NCBI GenBank assembly: GCA_041586955.1
Contig: JBFGZE010000036.1
Span: 1-29,051, forward strand
From: Bacteriovoracaceae bacterium
GTDB taxonomy: Bacteria > Bdellovibrionota > Bacteriovoracia > Bacteriovoracales > Bacteriovoracaceae
Reading direction: 5' to 3'
DNA length: 29,051 nucleotides
The position numbers and the translations under genes were made by a program. Shown here one piece after another: positions 1 to 8,877 of this stretch. The notes beneath the pieces were generated by a model. It had not been told where the DNA came from and did no database searches. It was given only the letters and a program-made list of their open reading frames with translations. The stretch's first letter is position 1. The number at the start of each line of letters is the position of its first letter.

Positions 1-2
1 AC

Positions 3-2594
3 GAGGGTAAGTACTTTAGGCCAAAACCTGGTAAAAAAAATGAATCCTATTGTATTATTATGCCTCCTCCCAACGTTACCGGCAAACTACACGCCGGGCA
101 TGCCCTTGATGTGACCACTCAAGATGCCCTCATCCGGTTTAAGCGAATGAAAGGCTATGAAACATTATGGCTTCCTGGAATGGACCACGCTGGTATTGCA
201 ACCCAAAATGTTGTTGAGAAAAAGGTCTGGGAAGAGGAAAAGAAAACTCGTCACGATTATGACCGAGATACTTTTTTAAAGAAAATATGGAACTGGAAAG
301 AAAACTTTGGTGGCATTATTGCCGATCAACAAAGACGCCTAGGAGCAAGCCCCGACTGGGATTATTCTATGTTCACCATGGATAAAGGGCCCAATGAGGC
401 CGTTCGCAAGGTTTTCACCAGCCTTTTTAACGAAGGGCTTATTTATCAATCTGATTATATTGTTAACTGGGACCCTGTTTTACAAAGTGCGATCTCTGAT
501 GCAGAAGTTGAACACAAAGAAGTAAGCGGCGCATTTTATCATCTCCATTATAAGATCAAAGATAGTAATGAATTACTTGAAATAGCGACAACAAGACCTG
601 AAACATTATTGGGTGATACCGCGGTCTGTGTACACCCTGAAGATGAACGATTCCAGCACCTCATTGGAAAAACAGCAATTGTTCCTATTTGTAATAGAGA
701 AGTGCCTATTATTGCCGACGAATATGTTGATCGCGAAAAAGGAACAGGTTGCTTAAAGGTAACTCCTGGTCATGACTTTAATGATTTTGATCTAGGGAAA
801 AAACATAACCTTCCTATTATTAATCTTCTCAATAAAGACGCAACCTTTAATGAAAATGGGCTCCATTATCAAGGGAAGACCTGCAAACAGGCCAGAAAAG
901 AAATTACTGCTGAACTAGAAGAACTCGGACTCTTAAAAGAAGTAAAAGATCATATTCACCAAGTTGGCCATGGAGACCGCTCTCACGCTCTGATTGAGCC
1001 CATCGTCTCCAAGCAATGGTTTTTGAATGTACAAGATATGGCGAGAGAAGCCGTTAACGCGATTACAGATGAAAAAACAAAGTTCTTCCCTAAAGGCTGG
1101 GAGAATACTTATTTCTCTTGGCTCAGAGAGCCGAAAAACTGGTGCTTATCTCGTCAATTATGGTGGGGTCATCGTATTCCGGTATTTACTTGTCAATCAT
1201 GTCACCATCAATGGGCCGATGAAAACATATCCCCAAGCGCCTGTCCAAAATGCCAACATCAAAAAATTGAACAAGACCCTGACGTTCTTGACACGTGGTT
1301 CAGCTCGGCCCTTTGGCCTTTGAGTACGCTTGGTTGGCCCAATAAAGAAAGAATGATTGAAAAGAAATTTGATACATTCTTCCCTACTGCGACCCTAGTG
1401 ACTGGCCACGATATCATCTTTTTCTGGGTTGCCCGTATGATGATGATGTCTTTAAAGTTTACCGGTCAAGTTCCTTTCAAAGATATCTATATCCATGCCA
1501 TCGTGAGAGATAAGCTTGGTCGCAAGATGAGTAAATCTCTTGGTAATGGAATTGATCCTATTGAGATGATTGAACTTTATGGTGCTGACTCCTTTAGATT
1601 CACCCTCGCAGCTGGCAGTGGGTATAATAGAAATATTAATTTAGATCCAGAGAGAATTAGCGGTTATCGCAATTTTATTAATAAGATTTGGAATGCTTTC
1701 CGCTTTATGGCCCCTTTCTTGGAGGATGCGAAGCCATTAAGTGGGGTAAAAAACTTAGATTCTCATGAGAAATGGATCCTAGGTGAACTTAATATTGTCA
1801 CCAAGTCCATGAATAAAAGCATTGAAGAGTATCGATATGATGACTCTTGCTCGGCCATCTACCACTTTGTTTATGAGAAATTCTGTAGCTGGTTTATTGA
1901 GTTGTCCAAACCCATCCTTCATAGTGACGCTGAAGATAAAAAACGGATAAGGGCCTCTGTTCTCAAGCATTGCTTTAAAAAAATTGTGGCGCTTATGCAT
2001 CCTTTCACCCCATACATCACAGAAGAATTATGGGCGCACCTAAAGGAGAAAGAGGATGACCTATTGATCGTAACCGACTATCCTGAATTTGACGAAAGTA
2101 TCACCTTTGATCAAGAAACAATTCAAATGAACCGGTTCATTGAAATTATTTCCTCGATAAGGAACCTGCGCTCCTCTGTCAATATCAAGCCCAAGGATGA
2201 GGTAGGCGTTAATATTTTTATTGATGATCAAAAAACAATCGAATTTCTTAAAGAACAGGTTATCTTTTTCCATAATTTAGCAAAAGTGAATAATATTGTT
2301 TTCAAAACCTATGATGAGCAAAGGCCGGCAAAATCAATTATGAACGCCACAAGCTTTTGTGAAATCTTTATCCCGCTTGAGGGAGTAATCGACCTTAACG
2401 ATCAAATAAATAGGCTAGAGAAAGACCTCGCTAAAACAATGAAGGAGGTTAATAAATTTTCAAAAAAACTGGCCAATGAAAAATTTATGAGAAATGCGCC
2501 CGAAGATGTAGTCATCGAAACAAGGTCTAAACTAGAGGAATTTACCCAGAAGTCGCAATCATTAAAAAATAGCCTAGCGGCATTTAAGGGCTAA
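3..2594 (+). CDS. valS: Valine--tRNA ligase (5'-truncated by the window edge)
   Basis: PPPNVTG, HIGH-equivalent HAGH, KMSKS, DVLDTWFSS and a C-terminal coiled coil. The frame is open from base 3 (EGKYFRPKPGKKNESYCII) into the ORF-track Met at 60, so the true start lies upstream. Confidence 0.98.
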   Translation, partial: EGKYFRPKPGKKNESYCIIMPPPNVTGKLHAGHALDVTTQDALIRFKRMKGYETLWLPGMDHAGIATQNVVEKKVWEEEKKTRHDYDRDTFLKKIWNWKENFGGIIADQQRRLGASPDWDYSMFTMDKGPNEAVRKVFTSLFNEGLIYQSDYIVNWDPVLQSAISDAEVEHKEVSGAFYHLHYKIKDSNELLEIATTRPETLLGDTAVCVHPEDERFQHLIGKTAIVPICNREVPIIADEYVDREKGTGCLKVTPGHDFNDFDLGKKHNLPIINLLNKDATFNENGLHYQGKTCKQARKEITAELEELGLLKEVKDHIHQVGHGDRSHALIEPIVSKQWFLNVQDMAREAVNAITDEKTKFFPKGWENTYFSWLREPKNWCLSRQLWWGHRIPVFTCQSCHHQWADENISPSACPKCQHQKIEQDPDVLDTWFSSALWPLSTLGWPNKERMIEKKFDTFFPTATLVTGHDIIFFWVARMMMMSLKFTGQVPFKDIYIHAIVRDKLGRKMSKSLGNGIDPIEMIELYGADSFRFTLAAGSGYNRNINLDPERISGYRNFINKIWNAFRFMAPFLEDAKPLSGVKNLDSHEKWILGELNIVTKSMNKSIEEYRYDDSCSAIYHFVYEKFCSWFIELSKPILHSDAEDKKRIRASVLKHCFKKIVALMHPFTPYITEELWAHLKEKEDDLLIVTDYPEFDESITFDQETIQMNRFIEIISSIRNLRSSVNIKPKDEVGVNIFIDDQKTIEFLKEQVIFFHNLAKVNNIVFKTYDEQRPAKSIMNATSFCEIFIPLEGVIDLNDQINRLEKDLAKTMKEVNKFSKKLANEKFMRNAPEDVVIETRSKLEEFTQKSQSLKNSLAAFKG

Positions 2595-2708
2595 GTGACT
2601 GAAAACAGGGACTTATCAGTAATAGCTTCTGTTTTTATCCAAACTACCACAAATTTTTTGCATGGAAAGTGGATTTATCATTTAGAATAGACTTTACAGG
2701 AGCAATAT

Positions 2709-3119
2709 ATGGCAATTCCAGGAACAGACCTTACACCCGACACAAAAATTCTCGTAGTTGATGATATGCAAACAGTGCGACTAGAAGTCGTTGCGTGCCT
2801 AAAAATGCTTGGCTTTAGAAATATAACTGAAGCAAAAGATGGTAAGGAGGCCTGGGAAAAGTTAAGAATGGATGCCCAATTTGATTCGGCCTTTGAGCTT
2901 ATTCTTTCTGATATCAACATGCCTCACTGCAATGGGATTCAATTATTAAAAAATATCAGAGCAACTGAGTCCTATATGACCACCCCCGTAATAATGATTA
3001 GTACTGAAAATGAAAAAGATATTATTCTCACCGCCATCCAAGAGGGGGCGAGTAATTATATATTAAAGCCATTTAATGTAGACGTTATTAGAGAAAAAAT
3101 CGTTCAAAGTCTTAAGTAA
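2709..3119 (+). CDS. Single-domain CheY-like response regulator
   Basis: ILVVDD, phospho-Asp in LSDINMP, MIST and YILKPF; 136 aa with no output domain; AGGAG RBS at 2698-2702. Confidence 0.93.
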   Translation: MAIPGTDLTPDTKILVVDDMQTVRLEVVACLKMLGFRNITEAKDGKEAWEKLRMDAQFDSAFELILSDINMPHCNGIQLLKNIRATESYMTTPVIMISTENEKDIILTAIQEGASNYILKPFNVDVIREKIVQSLK

Positions 3120-5706
3120 GAGGTACCGAAAATCTAAAGGTTGTTCCGCGGTTAACGATGGACTTCATATAAATTTTACCACCCCGTTTATCAATAACAT
3201 CCTTGATTGCTGACATTCCCACACCGCGTCCAGAGACGCTTGTCACTTCTTCTGCAGTAGAGAACATGGGATCGAAAATATGATAAATAATTTTTTCATC
3301 CGGGATATCATCGTAAGACCCATCAGGGTTTAAAGAGTACAATTTGTCCCTAATTTTTTGTGGGTCAATTCCCCCCCCATCATCTTGAACAATGATTTCA
3401 AGCATATTGTCATTTTCTTGAAAGGCAACAGAAATTAAACCGGCAGGATCTTTTCCAAGATCAACTCTTTCTGATTGATGCTCGATACCATGATCAACAC
3501 AATTTCTAAAGAGGTGAACCATAACAGAAAATAACTCTTTATTTTTAGCGACATCTACTCTTAACTCTGAATTCTTAAAATCTACAGGCTTTATATTTTT
3601 ATTAAGAGTCGTTGCAAGATTTTGAATTAATTCTGCGTATCCTTTAAATTGAGACAGCACAGGTTCTTTAACGAAATTTTCATAACAAAATTCAACCATT
3701 TCTTTATCATTGGCGAAAATTGCTCGCTGATAGAGATCTTCAATGGTCGACTTTGGAATTTCAATACTGTTTTTTGATTCTTGGTAATTATCACCAAAAA
3801 TACGGCTACATTCATTTAAAAACAGAGAATACTCATTTTTAAAGTGATCAATATTAGATCTCAACTGCGGGCCATAAGAAGAAATATCACGACCTGATTC
3901 TTTAAGTTCAACCAATTCCTGCTCATATGTCCTGGCCAATTGTTGAAGGTTAAACACTGAATAAAGACCAAATCCCCCATTCAAAGAGTGGAAATAGATT
4001 AATGCCTGTGAGATTTCAAATTCACCATCATCTTTAATGACTTTTTCTAAAAGCTTAATACTTGAATCAACCTCTTCTAAAAAAGAGAAGAATTGGCGTT
4101 TATTATTAATCATTTTTAGAATCATCGAAACATAAGCTTCTTTTTCTTTAAATTGCTCACGTGCTTTAACTTCTTCTGTTTTGTCTGTGGCAACAGCAAC
4201 TATATTGCCAATTGCTCCATCGTCATTTCTCATGGGAAAATATTCGAGTTCAATAAACTTAAATCCTTCATCGTCGACATTTTCACCAAAGACCTTATTT
4301 TGTGGCCCAAGCTGGACAGAGCTGTTGAAAGGAATCTTTTCGCTAAAAAGAATTGAACTCCAGGAATTAAATGCTGATATATCTTTTTCTTGATCTATAC
4401 CTAGAACGCTCGTAACACTCTTTCCAGCGGGAATAATTCCAAAAATATCCTCACAGGCCTTGGTATAGCGTTCATTACACATATTATTTTTATCAAAAAC
4501 CATCAGGCCCTGATCGAGGGAATCAACCATCGCGGCCATAAAGTCATTCGCTCTTTTCAACTCAATAGTTCTTTGCTCAACCATTTTCTCTAGATTTTTA
4601 CTATAATCTTCAAGTTTAGCTTGAGCGACTCTTAACTCTTCAATAATCACTTCTTTGGATTCTAATAATGATTGTATTTCGGAGCTCATATAATTAAAAG
4701 AGTCGCCCAAGATAAAGAGCTCATCCTTAGTCTTTACTTCAATTTTTTTATCAAACATACCTTTTGCAACATTTCTCGTCCCTTCGAGGAGAGAAGAAAT
4801 CGGCTTTGTAATGGAAAAAGATAAAAGGGTTCCTAAAATAATTGATAAGGCCATTAGGCCGACACCAAAGATGACTGCTTTTTCCAATAATTTCTGAGCG
4901 ACAAGAAAGGCCCTTTTTTTAGTTATCCCTGAGATCACATTAATATTAAAATCTTCATACTTGATAAATGAAATCAAAAGATCTTTACCAATACGACTCT
5001 TAACTTCACGAGTCCCCTTACTTATAGGGTTTTCGAGAATTTCATTGATATAACTTTTAGCATCTTCAATATCTGAAACGTCATTTAAAAATGAGTTCCC
5101 GTCATTATCAATCAAAATATTGTGAAATATATTATCAGTTTTAAATTCAGACTTAATAAGGTGTAAGCTTAGACCAATCGCATAAAGCTCGTTGGCCCCC
5201 TCATTTTTAACAAAAGCAACTAAAGACGGTACTTTAAATTTATTAGTCGTCGAATAAACCTGAATCTCCTGCCCTTGATCTTTCCTGTACAGGCCAAAAA
5301 CTTTTTCAAAGGTAAAATTAGCACCATCAATTTTGGAAGTTATTTTTTTAAACTCGTCGGATTTATTTTTTAAAAATATTTCATTAGTTTTTCCATCAAG
5401 TGATGAAACCGCATAAAACAGTAAGTCTTTTTCCGAATCAATTATTGTTGCTAACTTTGCAGGAGCGACTTTATTAACCAAGCTATAAAGTACTGTTTTG
5501 TTAATATAGTCATTTATTTTACTTGTCAGCTTACTTGTTAGTTGCTGAGAGCGATTGAGTCCCGTTTCATAAATATAGCTCGTCTTATCTTTTAGAAAAA
5601 TATCTGTCGCAAAGTAAAGGTTTGTCCAAATGGCGAGAAACAAAAGTGCCACAATACTCAAAAGTATTTTTAATTTAAGCGAAAACCTGACTTTTTTAGT
5701 TTCCAT
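3112..5706 (-). CDS. Membrane-bound CheA-like histidine kinase: TM, periplasmic sensor, TM, HAMP, coiled coil, PAS-like, HPt, HATPase_c; no CheW domain
   Basis: Two TM helices; HAMP (ITKPISSL...KTKDELFILGDSFNYM); LEKMVEQRTIEL helix; PAS-like MVDSLDQGLMVFD; HPt-like FHSLNGGFG; CheA-type boxes HLFRNCVDHGIE, DDGGGID, IFDPMFST, SGRGVGM, GTTF. Start probably ATG 5706 (METKK); the ORF track extends to 5736. Confidence 0.85.
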   Translation of the reverse strand: METKKVRFSLKLKILLSIVALLFLAIWTNLYFATDIFLKDKTSYIYETGLNRSQQLTSKLTSKINDYINKTVLYSLVNKVAPAKLATIIDSEKDLLFYAVSSLDGKTNEIFLKNKSDEFKKITSKIDGANFTFEKVFGLYRKDQGQEIQVYSTTNKFKVPSLVAFVKNEGANELYAIGLSLHLIKSEFKTDNIFHNILIDNDGNSFLNDVSDIEDAKSYINEILENPISKGTREVKSRIGKDLLISFIKYEDFNINVISGITKKRAFLVAQKLLEKAVIFGVGLMALSIILGTLLSFSITKPISSLLEGTRNVAKGMFDKKIEVKTKDELFILGDSFNYMSSEIQSLLESKEVIIEELRVAQAKLEDYSKNLEKMVEQRTIELKRANDFMAAMVDSLDQGLMVFDKNNMCNERYTKACEDIFGIIPAGKSVTSVLGIDQEKDISAFNSWSSILFSEKIPFNSSVQLGPQNKVFGENVDDEGFKFIELEYFPMRNDDGAIGNIVAVATDKTEEVKAREQFKEKEAYVSMILKMINNKRQFFSFLEEVDSSIKLLEKVIKDDGEFEISQALIYFHSLNGGFGLYSVFNLQQLARTYEQELVELKESGRDISSYGPQLRSNIDHFKNEYSLFLNECSRIFGDNYQESKNSIEIPKSTIEDLYQRAIFANDKEMVEFCYENFVKEPVLSQFKGYAELIQNLATTLNKNIKPVDFKNSELRVDVAKNKELFSVMVHLFRNCVDHGIEHQSERVDLGKDPAGLISVAFQENDNMLEIIVQDDGGGIDPQKIRDKLYSLNPDGSYDDIPDEKIIYHIFDPMFSTAEEVTSVSGRGVGMSAIKDVIDKRGGKIYMKSIVNRGTTFRFSVPLT

Positions 5707-5779
5707 TTTTCCCCAAAGGTATTTTTTTCTAGGCATGATTTAAATACCTAAAAATAGTAAGATATTGCTACATGTTAAC

Positions 5780-5806
5780 TGTTCGGAATATAACTTAACT
5801 AGCTTA
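5780..5806 (-). promoter_or_regulatory. Putative sigma28 (FliA)-like promoter upstream of the kinase
   Basis: Minus strand reads TAAG-N15-TCCGAACA, against the consensus TAAA-N15-GCCGATAA. Confidence 0.4.
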
Positions 5807-5816
5807 AAGGTTTTTT

Positions 5817-7814
5817 ATGGGCAAAGATGGGAAAATACTTCTCACCATATCCTCAATAATTCTTGCTGGATCCATCTACCTCCTCTTTTTTACAGAGGGG
5901 ACATTCATGAATTTTGAAGGGTCAGAAACCATTGCCAAGGTTATCAATGTTGAAAACCTTGCCAAACGTAAAAAGAATGAGAACCTTAGTTGGAGCCCGA
6001 TTAAAAGTAACCAGGATCTCTATAAAGGGGATTACTTATTCACTGACGAAAAATCTTCCATTGATATTAAATTTATTAATAACTCACAATTAGAGATTCC
6101 TCCTAATACATTAGTTAAAATCGATATCAATGATAATATCTTCGAGCTGGATCTTAAGCAGGGCCTATTAGACCTAAACTTATCAGGTAGCAATAATAAA
6201 GTTAATATCATTACAAATGGTGAGAAAATTACGCTTAAAGGTAGTAACTCTCAGGTAAAAATTCAAAGCACAAAAAGTGGGCTTAATATTTGGAACCAAG
6301 GGGGCAATTTACAACTAAACTCTGAGGGAAAAAATATCTCGCTCGACTCAACAGAAGCTTTTAACTCTAGCATAGGTAAAAAGTTAAACCCTGATAAAAT
6401 AATAAGATTCACCTTCCCTGGAAATGATTACTCTCAGGTTATCAATAAAAACCCAAAGTTAAACTTTATGTGGGAGTCTAATTCGAACTCTTTAGTCACC
6501 TTAAAAGTCTCTCGCTCAGCAAACTTTGACAAACGAGTCCAGCGTTTTAAATCTTCAGATAAGGTAACGAAAAACAAGCATGTCATCTTTAGTCGCCCAG
6601 GATCCTATTACGCCCAACTCACCACTAATACAGATGATGGCCTAGTCAGTTCTCGAATTATAAAAATTAGAATGGAGCCACCAGAACCTCTTAATCTCTT
6701 AAGCCCTAGTACAGATGAGGTGATTAATATCATCAAGGGACTTGCTCTCAAACTCGAAACGGACGGTTCCCCTTTATTGAATCACGATATTATTATAGAG
6801 GGCCCTCACAATCAAAAAACGACAGACCTATTTCAATCAAACCAATACTTTTTCACCCCAAAAAATAGCGGAAATTATAAAATTAAACTAAAGTCATCAT
6901 TAAGAGGAAGCCCTTGGTCTAAAGACCATTTATTAAAAATCAAACTCAGCGAAGGGACTACTTTATTATCACCAGACCCAAATCAAATTCACATGCGTAA
7001 CAATAAGCACATTACAATTGATTTAAAATGGAAGTCTGAGCGGTTTAAAAAATTCAAATTAGAAGTCTCAAACAAAAAGGATTTCTCTAAAATTTTTCTC
7101 ACGAAGAAATTAAACGGAAACGAATATGGCCTCAAATTTAAAAAGAATGGTGTCTTTTACTGGCGTGTTAGCCCACAATCTAACCCAGATCTAACTTCAT
7201 CAAGTCAGTTTACTATTGATAGTCCAGTTGCAATAAATACTGTCCCAAATAACAAACAAATTATTCGCTCCGCGAAAGATATAACTCCTATTGATTTTAA
7301 GTGGAGAAAACTCAAGCACGAAGGGGAGAAATTTACGATCAAGGTATCTTCCGATCCGGGCCTCAAAAACATTATTATTAAAAAACAAACTTCTAAGAAG
7401 TCAATCACGCTCAACCTCGACAGAAAAGGTACTTTTTACTGGTCCGTTTTTGCAAATAAAGATGAGCACTCAGTTATCACTAAATTTCAACTGACCTTAC
7501 CAAAAATATCTCCTGCCCCGGCGATCAACCCCAGGCAGATCATACACTATAAAAAGATAAAGGGGCATGACACCAATATTATTAATATGCCAAAAATTAA
7601 ATATGCCAAACGATACCATATCGAAGTTTATCAAGACAAAAAAATGAAAAAACGTTTATTCCATAAAGACTTTAAAAATAATTATGGCTATTGGGTTTCC
7701 AATCGCTCAGGAAAATTCTTTTATCGTGTAAAAGTAGTTGATAGGTGGGGACGAGAAACAGAGTGGTCAAAGCTGGGAGTACTCATTTTCCCGATCTCCC
7801 CATTGGTTTTTTAA
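5817..7814 (+). CDS. Membrane-anchored FecR-domain protein with about five C-terminal Ig/FN3-like repeats
   Basis: N-terminal TM anchor; FecR-like LYKGDYLFTDEKSSIDIKF...LEIPPNTLVKI...LKQG; recurring units with P, F/L-x-W, (L/I)xVS and G-x-(Y/F)-Y-W-x-V (GSYYAQL, GNYKIKL, GVFYWRV, GTFYWSV, GKFFYRV). Confidence 0.75.
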   Translation: MGKDGKILLTISSIILAGSIYLLFFTEGTFMNFEGSETIAKVINVENLAKRKKNENLSWSPIKSNQDLYKGDYLFTDEKSSIDIKFINNSQLEIPPNTLVKIDINDNIFELDLKQGLLDLNLSGSNNKVNIITNGEKITLKGSNSQVKIQSTKSGLNIWNQGGNLQLNSEGKNISLDSTEAFNSSIGKKLNPDKIIRFTFPGNDYSQVINKNPKLNFMWESNSNSLVTLKVSRSANFDKRVQRFKSSDKVTKNKHVIFSRPGSYYAQLTTNTDDGLVSSRIIKIRMEPPEPLNLLSPSTDEVINIIKGLALKLETDGSPLLNHDIIIEGPHNQKTTDLFQSNQYFFTPKNSGNYKIKLKSSLRGSPWSKDHLLKIKLSEGTTLLSPDPNQIHMRNNKHITIDLKWKSERFKKFKLEVSNKKDFSKIFLTKKLNGNEYGLKFKKNGVFYWRVSPQSNPDLTSSSQFTIDSPVAINTVPNNKQIIRSAKDITPIDFKWRKLKHEGEKFTIKVSSDPGLKNIIIKKQTSKKSITLNLDRKGTFYWSVFANKDEHSVITKFQLTLPKISPAPAINPRQIIHYKKIKGHDTNIINMPKIKYAKRYHIEVYQDKKMKKRLFHKDFKNNYGYWVSNRSGKFFYRVKVVDRWGRETEWSKLGVLIFPISPLVF

Positions 7815-7816
7815 AT

Positions 7817-8830
7817 GTGAAAAAAATATTGCTTTTTTTATTCTTTTTATCTTTAAATTATAAAGCCAACGCTGTTGGCTATTATACCCTTAGTTATATC
7901 GTTCAAAAAAATGACTCTTTTGCTTCCATTTTAAAAAGGTTCGTTAAACCAGACTCTATTATTAATTCACAAACAGGAATGACAAAACTTACCAGAAAGG
8001 CGAACCCCCATGTTACAAACTGGAAAAAACTCACACCTGGCACAAAAATTAAACTTTATATTCAAAAAGATTTACTAGACCGACTAAAATTTAAATCATT
8101 CAAAAAGAAAATCTTAGAAAAGTTAGAAGAGGTTAAAAAGAAGGCCAAAAAGAAGAAGTCCAGTATATACCCCTCTGGTCTCAAGGCCTCTTCTTTTTAC
8201 ATGGCAAGTTATGGTCAATTTACTCAAACTGATCCTGCTAATAGTAGCATTAATTTTACTCAAAATAGTCCCTTTTCTCTAGGGCTGGCCTTTTCTTATT
8301 ATCCAAAAAACTCACATTATTCGATGGCCTGGAGTATTTACTACTCCTACCTAACCGCAGCGGTCAACAATCTGACAGCTGATGACATTTCTCCCCCCCC
8401 GGAAATAGGAGGAAATTTTTATAATGAATATCGCTTTACGAAATTTAATACCACCGGTTATCTAGGCTTAGATTATGAACGGTTCTCAACCTTTAATATG
8501 GGAGGAATTGCGAATGAGCAAAAAGTTTTATTTGACAAAAATACTGTCCTATACCTTACTTTTGGTGCCTCCAAGTTATTCACAATATTCAATAAGAAAA
8601 TTTTTACGAAGCTAAGTTTATCTAAAAGCCTGGTAACATCTCATACGATTCATGAGCAAGGTGTTCCACCAAGCGAAGCTTACACAGGTGTTAAAACAAT
8701 GCTTTATCTCAATTATAAATTCAGTAAACACTTTTTTGCTCATTTTCTATATAAATTCCACACCATGGATGGCCCAAGTAAACTGACGACTAATCGTGGA
8801 GGTATTGGTTTTGGTTATATCTTAAAATAA
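7817..8830 (+). CDS. Secreted protein with a LysM-like N-domain and a putative C-terminal outer-membrane beta-barrel
   Basis: GTG at 7817, just after the upstream stop, gives signal peptide MKKILLFLFFLSLNYKANA. LysM-like YIVQKNDSFASILKRF...NPHVTNWKKLTPGTKIKL, then a Lys-rich linker and aromatic alternating strands ending GGIGFGYILK. Confidence 0.6.
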   Translation: MKKILLFLFFLSLNYKANAVGYYTLSYIVQKNDSFASILKRFVKPDSIINSQTGMTKLTRKANPHVTNWKKLTPGTKIKLYIQKDLLDRLKFKSFKKKILEKLEEVKKKAKKKKSSIYPSGLKASSFYMASYGQFTQTDPANSSINFTQNSPFSLGLAFSYYPKNSHYSMAWSIYYSYLTAAVNNLTADDISPPPEIGGNFYNEYRFTKFNTTGYLGLDYERFSTFNMGGIANEQKVLFDKNTVLYLTFGASKLFTIFNKKIFTKLSLSKSLVTSHTIHEQGVPPSEAYTGVKTMLYLNYKFSKHFFAHFLYKFHTMDGPSKLTTNRGGIGFGYILK

Positions 8831-8834
8831 ATTT

Positions 8835-8861
8835 TAAGAAAAAAAACTAAAATTACGATAA
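8835..8861 (+). promoter_or_regulatory. Putative sigma28 (FliA)-like promoter upstream of the LysM lipoprotein
   Basis: TAAG (8835-8838), N15, TACGATAA (8854-8861); 6/8 match to GCCGATAA at canonical spacing. Confidence 0.5.
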
Positions 8862-8877
8862 TATTTTGAGGTTTTAA

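Noticed and set aside
90..101. HAGH in place of HIGH in ValS
   Set aside because: The second position of this motif varies among class I synthetases; not evidence of altered function.
2601..2636. AAAACAG...CTGTTTT inverted repeat after valS as a terminator
   Set aside because: The stem is AT-rich and imperfect with a large loop; too weak to call.
7745..7816. ORF-track N-terminal extension of the LysM-barrel gene (similar extensions for tig, pssA, the 17477 OMP, tsaB and the flavin reductase)
   Set aside because: Downstream starts give better RBS placement, signal peptides or translational coupling.
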